Positions 11,064-21,501 of a DNA stretch of 64,000 nucleotides are shown here, piece after piece. The number at the start of each line of letters is the position of its first letter. Position 1 is the first letter of the stretch. The notes under the pieces are model-generated. The model ran no database searches. It saw only the letters and a program-made list of their open reading frames with translations, and was not told where the DNA came from. Both the position numbers and the translations under genes were made by a program. Source of the DNA: an uncultured virus (IMG/VR IMGVR_UViG_3300042197_003096) (Duplodnaviria > Heunggongvirae > Uroviricota > Caudoviricetes); the IMG/VR virus record IMGVR_UViG_3300042197_003096; one strand, written 5' to 3'.

Positions 11064-14000
11064 TTGGCTAGAAAGATAATTAAACAAACATCTTCGTTTG
11101 GAGTCCTAAGAGCTAATCCAAGGATATCTGGAAATGTTAAGATAACTGTTGATTCGAATGAAGACATTTGGCTGAATTCTATCGACTCTAACTCAGAAAT
11201 GTCGGATCAGAGATATAAAGGTTTTAGAATTTCCCCAGACTCTTCTTACGATAAGGATTTATACAGCTTTTTCTCCGAAGGATCTACCCCGCCGCAATTT
11301 GTTTTTGGCCTTTTTGGAGAGGGACAGCCGGTTCAGAACCAAACTTCTGTTCTTTCCGAATCCTACGACTTTACATATTCTGCAGGAGTTAGCCAGTTGA
11401 TCTCTGACAAATACACAGAGAGTTTTTCATATTTAGCACCCTTTTGGCTCGGAGAGGATCTGCCAGATCACTTTATCATTTTTAGAGTTAATGATCCTAT
11501 AGATTATTCTTATCAAATCCCAGTTACTTCTTTAGTTCAGGGAAATTCCTATAAGGTTTTACAGGATCCAACGGTAGACATAAACGATCCAGGTTACGTT
11601 CCTTTCCAGGTTTCGTCATCTTCCGTAACTTACACAGACGGACAGGTTTTTATTGCCACTTCAACTTCTTTTAGTGTCTTACAAGGACAGGGAACAGTTA
11701 TTTTGCTAGATCCCCTTTATAATCTAAATTCTGTAGAAGATTCATCGACTCATTTTATAGAAAAAATTTTACCAAAATCCAGTATAGTAGCAACTTACGA
11801 TCTTTCTGAAAATTCAAAAATTGGAAAATATTTGAGAAAAATACAGAATGATGCAAACTATACTGATTCTCTTATTGATGTTAGGTTTGAAGACAACCAG
11901 ATAACAACATTCAATGGGGTAAATTATCAGATAGGTATTTTTGATAAAAAGGGAGATTTTCTCCTTGACTATTACAAGGAACCAGAAACACAAATAGGAT
12001 TTGAGAGCTTCGTGACTGACGGATTCAGAAGAAACAGCATCATAAGCTATCGGCTTTTGAATCTAGAGTTTCTTTTTAATGATGAGCAAGCTCAGGATTA
12101 TACAATCAACAGATATTATGGATTGTATGTTAATGCTCCTGCAATGGCAACGTTCAAATTGGACGGGAACGCCTTATATAAGGACCAGGGAATTTCTGGG
12201 AATCTTCCAGTTCCTGACAGAAACGATAAAGGGTATTATTACGAAAATCTTTCATACTTTCAAACCAATCCTGAAGGGATAAGAATTTTCACCAAACCGG
12301 ACAGCATAACCGGAGTTATTCCCACTTCAGATGTGGTCAACCTAACAGAAAGTAACAAGCTATTCTGGGTCAAGGACAAAAACGAAAATTTTCATTCTTT
12401 GAAAAGAGACGAAAATTATCAATCCTCCTCGCCAGGAAATCCTAAATCTATTTATGGTTTAAGTGGATCAGAGAATCAATTAGTTCTGGAAGACATCACT
12501 TTAGATCTTTCCGTTTTCACGGGAGAAGACCCAACAACCAAGAAACAATATGGAGGGGAAATAACAGGAGAAAAAGGAAGAGCTTATTCTGTTTTAAGGA
12601 TCGGAGGAGAATTTACTTTGACCAACCAAGACACATTAGTCTTTTATAATCCTCTTGGTAAATATGGTGTCCCAGGATCTAAATACGATCTTTTCAAAAC
12701 ATCGGATCTCTCTTCCGTTATTGATGAATGGGGTCCTGGAAGTTATTATGCACAAGACGGAATTTATTATTTTCACCCATTCGGAACAAACGAACAGATT
12801 GCCTCTGCTTTAAACGGAATTTTTAATAGTTACAGCTACAATTCTTTTGAATCGTTTCAATCAGGTGACGAAGTAGTTATTAGAATAAAAGCAGCTGGAA
12901 CTTTAGAGAATAGTAAATACAGTCTTGATTTTTTCCAAGATTTCTCAACCTCTCAAAGAATGCCAGATTCTAGGAGAGGAACTCTTTTCATAAACGAAAA
13001 AGACGTTTGTGATATTAACCAGAAACAAAATTTCCTTGGTGGATCAAACTACTCAAACACTAGGGTAAAAGTAAAACTTGAAGATGCCAATAAAATACAA
13101 GTTGGTGAAACGTTTATCAACACCAACCGTGGATCTTCTATAGTTTCTGGAAAATATCGATTCGTAGATCAATATGCAAAAGATTCTAGCGGAGAAATAG
13201 TCGGTATAAAAGATTTTGAAACACACGCAACATTAGAGATAGAAAACTTTACAGAAATTATCTCTCTTGGGTCTGTTAAAAAAATCACCGCATACGACAC
13301 TTTTGACGTTGAATTGGGTATATTTTCTTTCTATGGATTAAGAGAACTTGATATGGACTTTTGGTCCAGTGAATATGGATATACACCCACACAGGAATAT
13401 TATAAGTATTTAGACGTTAAACCTAGCGGAACAACTCTCATTATTCCAGGAAAATCTTATTTTGTATCTTCTGGAGCAGAAATAGTTTATGACGGAAACA
13501 GTATAACTGGTCCCGACTTTTTCGAGGGTGTTGCTGGACAAGATTCTTATCTTCTTGTAACTGGATCTTCTTCTGCAGAATCGAATGTTTACCCCACTTT
13601 AAATTCTAGAGGAAATATTTCTAGCGGTGTTACACCTACTAATTTTGATACTAATTTTTATCCAGATCTTGATGCTTTTCCTGGATTTTATGGTCTTCAA
13701 TCTTTACAATTCATTAATGATGAAGTCGGTTTAGTCACTAAAGAAAGTCAACTCAATTTTGGTAAAATAGATTCCGAATACAATTACACTCAGGATAATT
13801 ATAATCCTGATTATGCTCTTTTGAGCAGAGTAAGTCCTTTCATTACAAAATGGGTATATGAAAAGGGAACGGACGTCAGAGGAAGTGGGTACAGATTAAA
13901 TTCGAATCTAGCTTTCGGTCCTTTGAATTTTTCTCCAAGCTTCTTCAGAAGAAACCAAGATCCTCAATATTTCACTCATGAATGGTATCACCTTCAAAAG

Positions 14001-16652
14001 CCACCATATTCATTACCTGAAATAAATCTACACCAAGATAAAAATTATCTTTCTGGCGAGATAAATGAAACGCTTTTAACTAATGCTGATCCTGCAAAGA
14101 GAGATTATTTCTTGGACTATTTCTCAATAGAAGGAGAAGATCTACAAGCATATTATCCAAGCAGTACCACAATCGATGATGTGAACTTAACTGAAAGATA
14201 TGGAATATTTTCTTTCAATAGAGCTTCTGGATTTTCTGAAGTTTTATACCGAGGTGCAAAAGTTAGAATCAAAAGAACTTTCACTGATTATGGACAAAAC
14301 GAATCTCTGAAATATTTGAATGATGATAGATTTTTTGAGGATTATAAGTTTTCTTGTGTTATCGTTCCTGTTGAAAATGTTTTAGAAGAAGTACAGGCAC
14401 CTATTAAAATAAAGGTCCTAGAAAATAGGACTTATAAAAACATAACTTTCATAATAGAAGTTGTAGTAGAGGACGCAAGACTTTACAATTTTGAGGAGAT
14501 AAGCCCAGAGCAGCAATATTTAGATTTGGATTATTTTCTTCTTTATTCATTAAAGGACAAGATAAAAAAGAACTTCGTTCCCGTTTCTTCTCCTTTCTTA
14601 CCAAGTAGCTCCATTGAACTTCCTGCTGTAGGCGATATAAAGCTTTCGTCTGCATTGAATGTCACTTCGGTTGTAACATCCGGAGGATCTTTCTCAAACG
14701 TTAATCCTGGTTCGTTCAACGGAAGTGGAGTTGTTTATACTATACCTAATCCGAATTATGAAACGGATTTAAGAGACGAGGTTTCTTTCCTTTATCTTCC
14801 TTCTACAGTACCATCTCCTCTAAGTTCGACCGGCCCTGGATCTTTTTACGGTTATGTTGGAGGGATAGGCCCAACGGGAGGTTACACTCTTCCTTTTGCA
14901 ACCGGGGTAGGGCAGGACTTTTTAAATTTCACTGCACTTGATCCGAATTATCTATTTGACTTCTCGTCCGTAGGGATTCCTGGTCCAGTTAATATTCCAT
15001 CGGTGGTTTCATACACAGTTGCTCAAAATATCCCAATTTATCAGAGAGAAGGCGGTTTAGGTTATTGGGGAACATTACTAGAAAAAATTAGCTTTGCTAA
15101 TCTTTCCCTTTGGATAAACACAGGATATCCTTATATAGAATATAAAAGCTACATTTGGGATTCAACCACGCAAACCACACAAATTCTAGACGATCAATTT
15201 GTATTAGAATTCTTGAAGCCTTCTGTTTTTCAGCAAGAAACATTGATTTATCCTGTTGAGATTACAGATAAACCCGAAGAGCTTGAGTTATTCAATATAG
15301 GTTATAATATAGCTGAGTTTCCTGGTCAATCGGAAATGTACAGATACAGTGGAAGTTACGTTCCAAAATTCAGAGAACTTCTAAAATTTTCGGATGTTAA
15401 GTTTGATTATCCTTCATGGTTAGTTCCAGATAGCTCCACATTTTTTGTTAAGGTTTCTGGTAAAACTGTTACTTCTTCTACATATGATATAGGTTCAACA
15501 CAAGCGTATTTTATAGGGGAAGGAATTTATTCACCGTCTTCCGTTTCAGATTGGTCTGAACAGAAAGAAATAACCTTGGTAAAAGGTCTAACTTATTTCT
15601 TTGATCTTTCTGATTCTTCCAATTTAGGATACCAAATTTATTTTTCAACATCCTCGATGGGCAACAACCTCTCTGGTGACTCTTTAACAGATGGTTACAC
15701 GTTAGTAGGAACACCAGGTAATCTTGGATCATATGTTTTACTACAAGTTCCTTATGATTGGCCTACGGATGTTTATTATGTTGCACAGGGAGGTAAATTT
15801 ATGGGTTCTAAGATTAAAGTTGTGGATTCAATCGAGTATTCTTATTGTAATTTCGGGCCTTATAAGGATGATTTTGGAAAATCTAAGAATGTAAATTATT
15901 ACAAGTATGCAACTTCTTGGATATTTAGAATTGGTCAAAATTCCCCATTCAATCCAGTTTATAATCTAATAGGAGAAACTCCTGTGGATAAAAGGGATCT
16001 TTCTATTTTTGAAAGTACATGGGATCCCGGATTCTACAGAGAATACACAAGCCCAACAGCATTCACTAGTCTTCCTGGAACAAGAAATATGAAAGAGGAA
16101 AAATCTTTCTTTGGTTCTAAAGCTATGAAGACTCCTCAATCTATAAATTCACAAAAACAGCTTGTTTATCCCACATCTCTTCCTGATGTACTAAACGTCA
16201 ATTACGAGAACATTCCAGATTTTGAAATATTCTGGGAAGAGACACAAGGAGAAATTAGAGGAACAATTTTGATGGACAGAATCTTAATAAGATATTTCCT
16301 TGAGGACGGAGCTAAACAAACTTTCCAAACTTTTATAGTTCCTGAATTTGGTTTCGGTTCTTTAAGTACAGTTGACGACGATTTCAACGAATACATGAAG
16401 CAAAACATTTTACCGATTTATCAATCTCAGAATAATGGGACTTATTTGAAGAAAATAGCTGTAACGCCCAACACCAATCTTGACCCTGTTATAGGAAATC
16501 TTGCTGACTACCAAAAATTAATCAATGGATATTATCCCTCTCAAGAAGTTAGATACACTAAAGTGAATGAATTAAGGTACCAATTTAGAATACCTAAAAC
16601 TCCTTCGTTTGACTACTCTTTAGCATTCTCTATACAAATTGGAAAAATTTAA
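11064..16652 (+). CDS. Very large putative virion structural protein (TTG start)
   Basis: 1862-aa uninterrupted ORF in the structural operon; no catalytic motif recognised. Confidence 0.45.
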   Translation: MARKIIKQTSSFGVLRANPRISGNVKITVDSNEDIWLNSIDSNSEMSDQRYKGFRISPDSSYDKDLYSFFSEGSTPPQFVFGLFGEGQPVQNQTSVLSESYDFTYSAGVSQLISDKYTESFSYLAPFWLGEDLPDHFIIFRVNDPIDYSYQIPVTSLVQGNSYKVLQDPTVDINDPGYVPFQVSSSSVTYTDGQVFIATSTSFSVLQGQGTVILLDPLYNLNSVEDSSTHFIEKILPKSSIVATYDLSENSKIGKYLRKIQNDANYTDSLIDVRFEDNQITTFNGVNYQIGIFDKKGDFLLDYYKEPETQIGFESFVTDGFRRNSIISYRLLNLEFLFNDEQAQDYTINRYYGLYVNAPAMATFKLDGNALYKDQGISGNLPVPDRNDKGYYYENLSYFQTNPEGIRIFTKPDSITGVIPTSDVVNLTESNKLFWVKDKNENFHSLKRDENYQSSSPGNPKSIYGLSGSENQLVLEDITLDLSVFTGEDPTTKKQYGGEITGEKGRAYSVLRIGGEFTLTNQDTLVFYNPLGKYGVPGSKYDLFKTSDLSSVIDEWGPGSYYAQDGIYYFHPFGTNEQIASALNGIFNSYSYNSFESFQSGDEVVIRIKAAGTLENSKYSLDFFQDFSTSQRMPDSRRGTLFINEKDVCDINQKQNFLGGSNYSNTRVKVKLEDANKIQVGETFINTNRGSSIVSGKYRFVDQYAKDSSGEIVGIKDFETHATLEIENFTEIISLGSVKKITAYDTFDVELGIFSFYGLRELDMDFWSSEYGYTPTQEYYKYLDVKPSGTTLIIPGKSYFVSSGAEIVYDGNSITGPDFFEGVAGQDSYLLVTGSSSAESNVYPTLNSRGNISSGVTPTNFDTNFYPDLDAFPGFYGLQSLQFINDEVGLVTKESQLNFGKIDSEYNYTQDNYNPDYALLSRVSPFITKWVYEKGTDVRGSGYRLNSNLAFGPLNFSPSFFRRNQDPQYFTHEWYHLQKPPYSLPEINLHQDKNYLSGEINETLLTNADPAKRDYFLDYFSIEGEDLQAYYPSSTTIDDVNLTERYGIFSFNRASGFSEVLYRGAKVRIKRTFTDYGQNESLKYLNDDRFFEDYKFSCVIVPVENVLEEVQAPIKIKVLENRTYKNITFIIEVVVEDARLYNFEEISPEQQYLDLDYFLLYSLKDKIKKNFVPVSSPFLPSSSIELPAVGDIKLSSALNVTSVVTSGGSFSNVNPGSFNGSGVVYTIPNPNYETDLRDEVSFLYLPSTVPSPLSSTGPGSFYGYVGGIGPTGGYTLPFATGVGQDFLNFTALDPNYLFDFSSVGIPGPVNIPSVVSYTVAQNIPIYQREGGLGYWGTLLEKISFANLSLWINTGYPYIEYKSYIWDSTTQTTQILDDQFVLEFLKPSVFQQETLIYPVEITDKPEELELFNIGYNIAEFPGQSEMYRYSGSYVPKFRELLKFSDVKFDYPSWLVPDSSTFFVKVSGKTVTSSTYDIGSTQAYFIGEGIYSPSSVSDWSEQKEITLVKGLTYFFDLSDSSNLGYQIYFSTSSMGNNLSGDSLTDGYTLVGTPGNLGSYVLLQVPYDWPTDVYYVAQGGKFMGSKIKVVDSIEYSYCNFGPYKDDFGKSKNVNYYKYATSWIFRIGQNSPFNPVYNLIGETPVDKRDLSIFESTWDPGFYREYTSPTAFTSLPGTRNMKEEKSFFGSKAMKTPQSINSQKQLVYPTSLPDVLNVNYENIPDFEIFWEETQGEIRGTILMDRILIRYFLEDGAKQTFQTFIVPEFGFGSLSTVDDDFNEYMKQNILPIYQSQNNGTYLKKIAVTPNTNLDPVIGNLADYQKLINGYYPSQEVRYTKVNELRYQFRIPKTPSFDYSLAFSIQIGKI

Positions 16653-16694
16653 CAGGGAGAGAATTTTTGATATATAAAGCAAGTATAAAGAAAG

Positions 16695-19600
16695 ATGCCG
16701 CAGATAAACATATTAAACATTTTACAAGGGGATAACCAATCTACGATAGTAGATAAGGTTAATTATAACTTTGATCAAATCCTGAGTGCAGGAGGTGGAC
16801 CACAAGGACAACAGGGACTAATAGGACCAACTGGACCCATTGGCCCACAGGGAGTTCAAGGAGTCCAGGGTCTACAAGGACCTTCCGGAACTAAATGGTT
16901 TGTTCAAGACACAACTCCAGCTTCTGGAAGTGTTAAAGGAAACAATCCTTTTCTTTACCCCACGCTCGGCGACTATTGGTTGGATCCAGATTCAGCAGAT
17001 CAAGACATTTGGGTTTTCACCGCAACTGGCTGGGTCTATTCAGGTTATGGTTTAGCAGCAGGTGACCTATTCCAAAAAGTAACACCTATTAACATTATTG
17101 GAGGTGCAACAGCACAAGCAATTTTAATAGCGGGTACAGCTGGAAATCAAACAGTCACTCTTTCTGACGCATCAATAAACACGGATTATACCCCAGGTGG
17201 TACAGCAATTGATAGTTTAAACTTTGAAAATTCCAAATTAAAAATCTCGACCAAAGACGGAAGACAAAATATTGTTAGTTTTTCTAGGTCAGATTACGAA
17301 ACGGGGAACACGGTAACTCCTTTGGGAACTACGGCAGGTGTGGGTAATATTAACAATCCTAGAATCGAATGGGACTCTTTAACTTCTGGAGTTAACAACT
17401 ATTTTGATATTTCTTTCACAAACCCCACTGGAGCAATTTCTATTAAATCTTTAGGTAGTTCTGCAAGTGGGGGAGTAAATCTTTTAGCTAACGGAGAGAT
17501 CTCTGCACAATCCAACTCTTCTTATATTTTGTTAAAAACAGCAGGTTCTTCAGGAACTTACGTTTCGAGCGATTTTATAGAGTTAGGCACCCAGGTTTCG
17601 ACTCCTGTTAATAATCCAGCAGCTCCGTTTTTTGCTAATGCAACTGGGGTTGGTATAGGCCTAGGAACAGGAACTTTTTTACAGACAGGAAATGATCTCA
17701 GAAAACTAGCAGTTAATGGAAATTTTAGTCTTGGTAAAACTTCTTCTTCTCACACTTCTTCTCTGTTCGTTGGTTCCGCTTTAGCAGCTCCAAATTTCAA
17801 TAAAGGAACTTTATTTTCTGAAGGGTTTATTGGTGTCGGTGCAACTTCACCAACCGGAGTCTTTGGCGGATCAGTTTTAGCAACTGGACCTGCTGAAGCC
17901 CAAGGAAGATTCCCTGTATTGTGGGTAACATCCCCTAATTATGGACCAGGAATACAAGTAAAAACTTTAGGAAGTGCTAGTTTTTCTGGGAGGACTACTA
18001 TAGGGGACGGAGTTTTTGATTATCAAAATTCAGGAGGAAATAATGGACTTGCTGGTACTGGACCAGACTTTTCGCAAGAGGTTTTCACAGCAGGAGCAGT
18101 GTTTGCCCCTGGGATTAGACCACTTATAAGTTATCAGCACAAAATAACTGATTCCTCTAATACAACAGGTACTGCACCAGTTTTTGGTATCACAACTTTT
18201 TCTAACCAGGGAGCATATTCTCCAATAAACACAGCAAACAAGACTGTTATACAGACTAGAAATTCAAACGAATCTTTGATCCTCCAAGCTAATGGCGGAA
18301 CAGCTCAGTTTGGTCCAGGAAACAAAGTTTCACTAGGTGCTGGAAAATATAATTATCTGAGCGTTTATCCGGGCCCTTCTGGGTCTACAACAGGGGGAAA
18401 CGTAACTATAGGAAGCGAATCGGATCAAGTTTCTGGAGTTAGTGGATCGCTAACAGGTGGTAACACATCTAACACGCAGACTTATGCCAGAGGTCACGCT
18501 CTGACAGTCACAGGAATTACAACAATTGGTACTAGTTACCCATGGAGTCTTTTTAACAGCGGTACAACAATAAGCGGCGCCGACGTTGGAAATCTTTCGA
18601 TGTTAAAAATACACCGAAATCTCTATACCTCAACTATTAACACGGGAAAGGGTTCTTTAGAAGGAACTGGCCCTGCAACCAACAATTTTCCTAACGGACT
18701 AGAAATCACTTCTTATAAATCAGCATATAACGTAGTTGCCGTCAAAGGCGCAAATTCATCAGTAGCCATAGCAGTTGGATCAACTAATGAAATTACTACT
18801 CCCCTAGGAGCCCCTGGAACTGCAGCACCTACAGGTTTCTTTGTTTCTGATACGGGTCAGGGGGTCGGTATTGGGGACGTTCCGTCATCTCTGTATGGGT
18901 TAAACGTTTCGGGTTCAGCACAATACCCATCCCCAGGAGGATTTATCAGTGGCGCAGCAAGATTCAGGGGTAGAGTGTTCATAGACCAGGTTAACGACGG
19001 TGACGGAGGATTAGTTTTTTATGATTCAGCTAATACCGGATTTACAAGTTTAACTTCACCCGGATCTTTCGAAATTCAAAGGTGGAGAGAACCGTATTCG
19101 GGTCCGACAGCAGGTAGTGAAATAGGAAACGGATTAAATTTCAACACCCCGTTTGCCGGAAACGGTAATTATAAATTGTGGATCACAGATAACGGTCAAG
19201 TTGCTGTCGGTTACGACAACACAACCAAGCCTCTAACCACTATCTGGTCTTCTATTGCGGCAAACACAAATAAAAACACAGCAGCGGGGACTATTTGGAG
19301 CGTTTCTCCTGGAGGAGCACAAACTTTTAAATTTGCCGTCAATGGAAACATAAGGGCAACTGGTATTTTTGTCACATCTGATTTAAGGGAAAAAGAAAAT
19401 ATAGAAGAGATACAAAACGGACTAGAGACCGTTTTAAAACTTCGTCCTGTAGATTTTAATTGGAAATCTGATGGGGTTAAGAGCTCTGGTTTTATAGCAC
19501 AAGAGATCGCTGAAATACTCCCGCAAGCAGTAACCGTGGTTGGAGACCCAAATTACGAGGACGGAAAATACCTTTTAGATTCTAAATCGATAATACCTTA

Positions 19601-19718
19601 TTTGGTTTCTGCTGTCCAAGAACAGGATAAGATAATTAAATCACAACAAGAAAAGATAGATTCTTTAGAGGAAAGACTAAGCAAACTAGAAAAGCTATTA
19701 TTAGATGGAAACAAATAA
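16695..19718 (+). CDS. Tail fibre/spike with collagen-like segment and C-terminal intramolecular chaperone (peptidase S74-like)
   Basis: GPQGQQGLIGPTGPIGPQG repeats; 'TSDLREKENIEEI..GLETVLKLRPVDFNWK..GFIAQE' followed by a coiled coil. Confidence 0.85.
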   Translation: MPQINILNILQGDNQSTIVDKVNYNFDQILSAGGGPQGQQGLIGPTGPIGPQGVQGVQGLQGPSGTKWFVQDTTPASGSVKGNNPFLYPTLGDYWLDPDSADQDIWVFTATGWVYSGYGLAAGDLFQKVTPINIIGGATAQAILIAGTAGNQTVTLSDASINTDYTPGGTAIDSLNFENSKLKISTKDGRQNIVSFSRSDYETGNTVTPLGTTAGVGNINNPRIEWDSLTSGVNNYFDISFTNPTGAISIKSLGSSASGGVNLLANGEISAQSNSSYILLKTAGSSGTYVSSDFIELGTQVSTPVNNPAAPFFANATGVGIGLGTGTFLQTGNDLRKLAVNGNFSLGKTSSSHTSSLFVGSALAAPNFNKGTLFSEGFIGVGATSPTGVFGGSVLATGPAEAQGRFPVLWVTSPNYGPGIQVKTLGSASFSGRTTIGDGVFDYQNSGGNNGLAGTGPDFSQEVFTAGAVFAPGIRPLISYQHKITDSSNTTGTAPVFGITTFSNQGAYSPINTANKTVIQTRNSNESLILQANGGTAQFGPGNKVSLGAGKYNYLSVYPGPSGSTTGGNVTIGSESDQVSGVSGSLTGGNTSNTQTYARGHALTVTGITTIGTSYPWSLFNSGTTISGADVGNLSMLKIHRNLYTSTINTGKGSLEGTGPATNNFPNGLEITSYKSAYNVVAVKGANSSVAIAVGSTNEITTPLGAPGTAAPTGFFVSDTGQGVGIGDVPSSLYGLNVSGSAQYPSPGGFISGAARFRGRVFIDQVNDGDGGLVFYDSANTGFTSLTSPGSFEIQRWREPYSGPTAGSEIGNGLNFNTPFAGNGNYKLWITDNGQVAVGYDNTTKPLTTIWSSIAANTNKNTAAGTIWSVSPGGAQTFKFAVNGNIRATGIFVTSDLREKENIEEIQNGLETVLKLRPVDFNWKSDGVKSSGFIAQEIAEILPQAVTVVGDPNYEDGKYLLDSKSIIPYLVSAVQEQDKIIKSQQEKIDSLEERLSKLEKLLLDGNK

Positions 19719-19748
19719 TTAACCTGAGTATTTTTATATATAGTCTTA

Positions 19749-20333
19749 ATGAAACACTTAAAAACATATAAATTATTCGAATCAGTTACTGATAAACTCT
19801 ATCACGGAAATAGAAAAGGAGATTTTCCACCAGAAAAGAAAAGATTTGCGGGTGCAATATTCTTAACAAGTAATTTAGAATTTGCCAAAAATTTTGCAGG
19901 ATTTGATGAAAGAGAACAATTTCCGGATGGATCCGTATGGGAAATTAAATTAAAACCAAATTTGAAGATATGTGATCCAATGAAACGAGAAACTATGGAA
20001 GAACTAAATCTTAAGTCTATAATACAAAAGATGATAAATGAGGAGTATGTAGATTCAGCAAATGGGAAAAAATTCAAATCAAATAGAGGTAAAGGATTCA
20101 AAGGTTATGATTATGATACTGATAAAGATTTCGATTTAGAAGACACATCACAGAGCGTGTATAATTATCTTTGGTTGATAAAAAATGGTTCGTGGCAAAT
20201 AATAGAATGTGAGCCAATTATTTCCGAAATAAAATCAAAAAAGTATGATGGGTTTGAAGTAACAGAAAAGGGCTCAAAAAATGTTGCTATTTTTGATGAA
20301 AAAAACATAGAAAAATTCGAAAAGATATTATGA
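19749..20333 (+). CDS. Putative ADP-ribosyltransferase-fold (ART-PolyVal-like) protein with CTS-like N-terminus
   Basis: 'LYHG', 'IFLTSN..FAKNFA', 'YDG', 'VAIFD..NI' pattern; N-terminus MKHLKTYKLFES. Confidence 0.55.
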   Translation: MKHLKTYKLFESVTDKLYHGNRKGDFPPEKKRFAGAIFLTSNLEFAKNFAGFDEREQFPDGSVWEIKLKPNLKICDPMKRETMEELNLKSIIQKMINEEYVDSANGKKFKSNRGKGFKGYDYDTDKDFDLEDTSQSVYNYLWLIKNGSWQIIECEPIISEIKSKKYDGFEVTEKGSKNVAIFDEKNIEKFEKIL

Positions 20334-20419
20334 GTTTAGCTTACAAAGAAAATAAAATATCAGAAAATACTTTCATCAGAGAGTTTACTCAGGAAATTTT
20401 AAAACAGAACCTTCTATAA
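20330..20419 (+). pseudogene. 29-codon ORF, possible truncated gene remnant
   Basis: ATGA overlap with upstream stop; MSLAYKENKISENTFIREFTQEILKQNLL*. Confidence 0.25.
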
Positions 20420-20501
20420 TATTAAGTGGATTGTCTATTAAAAAGTTCAGAGAATTAAGATATAAAGAATCCGCGACTTGGAATATACAAAAATTTAATT
20501 T

Positions 20502-20714
20502 ATGCTTAAAACGAAAGAAGACTTTATTAAAAGGTATAGATCTATACACGATTCTATCTTTATTCTCGAGAAAAAAATACAAGAAATATCCGAAAATAAA
20601 AATCTAGCTATAGAAAGGCCAGATGTTATAATTAACCTTAAAAAACAAGTGGAGGAAATCATAGAGGATCTAAATAAAACAAGAGAACATGAGAGACAAC
20701 TCTTCAACTACTAA
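20502..20714 (+). CDS. Small coiled-coil hypothetical protein
   Basis: 70-aa ORF overlapping the next gene. Confidence 0.5.
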   Translation: MLKTKEDFIKRYRSIHDSIFILEKKIQEISENKNLAIERPDVIINLKKQVEEIIEDLNKTREHERQLFNY

Positions 20715-21474
20715 GATAATTTACGGGCTGATAGCAGTCATAATCGTACTGATTTTACTCGGTCTAAAACAATGTAATGATGGTATTTCTTTAAAAAACC
20801 AATTGGATATACAGGATCTAAATATTAGTGCTCTTAAAGATTCTGTAAGAATTACCAAAAATAAACTAGGAGAAGAGATCTTTGTAAAAAAATCTCTGCT
20901 TGCCACAAATAAAAACTTAGAAGGTCTAAATAAAGATCTATCGGACGAGCTGAAGAAATTACAAGGAAAAGTTATTACTTTACAAAAGATAATAGCAGAA
21001 CTTGAATCCGATACAGTCTACGTTACCAACACTGTGACAAAATATCCCGACGGTAGATACAGTCTGGATTGGAATTATGACACCACTTTTTCCCCTGGTA
21101 ATTACCGTACTTTTTCTGGTAACAGTTTCTTTGTTTTTGACACTATCAGAAATAGAGTTATCCCCGGAGTAACACGGATAAATCAAGATAAATTTGGATT
21201 TTCTTTAGTGACTGGAATAAGAGAAAAAGACGGAGCACTAGAAATATTTGTTGATCCTAAATATCCTGGTATGACAATCACCGGAATAGAAGGAGCCGTT
21301 ATAGATCCACAAAAATCTCCAGTGTTAAAGAAAATGTTCCCCCCTAAAAATTGGACTATAGGTCCTCAGGCTGGAATAGGTTTCGGTGCAGGATATAGCA
21401 TAAATGGGCAACCTTCTTTTGGTCCAGTAATTATGATTGGATTTGGGATACAATACTCGTTAATTAAATTTTAA
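20689..21474 (+). CDS. Membrane-anchored coiled-coil protein, possible spanin-like
   Basis: N-terminal hydrophobic helix ending in KQC, coiled coil, C-terminal Gly-rich amphipathic strands ending in Phe. Confidence 0.45.
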   Translation: MRDNSSTTKIIYGLIAVIIVLILLGLKQCNDGISLKNQLDIQDLNISALKDSVRITKNKLGEEIFVKKSLLATNKNLEGLNKDLSDELKKLQGKVITLQKIIAELESDTVYVTNTVTKYPDGRYSLDWNYDTTFSPGNYRTFSGNSFFVFDTIRNRVIPGVTRINQDKFGFSLVTGIREKDGALEIFVDPKYPGMTITGIEGAVIDPQKSPVLKKMFPPKNWTIGPQAGIGFGAGYSINGQPSFGPVIMIGFGIQYSLIKF

Positions 21475-21501
21475 GTGATTTTCTATAAGAATATATAAGG
21501 C

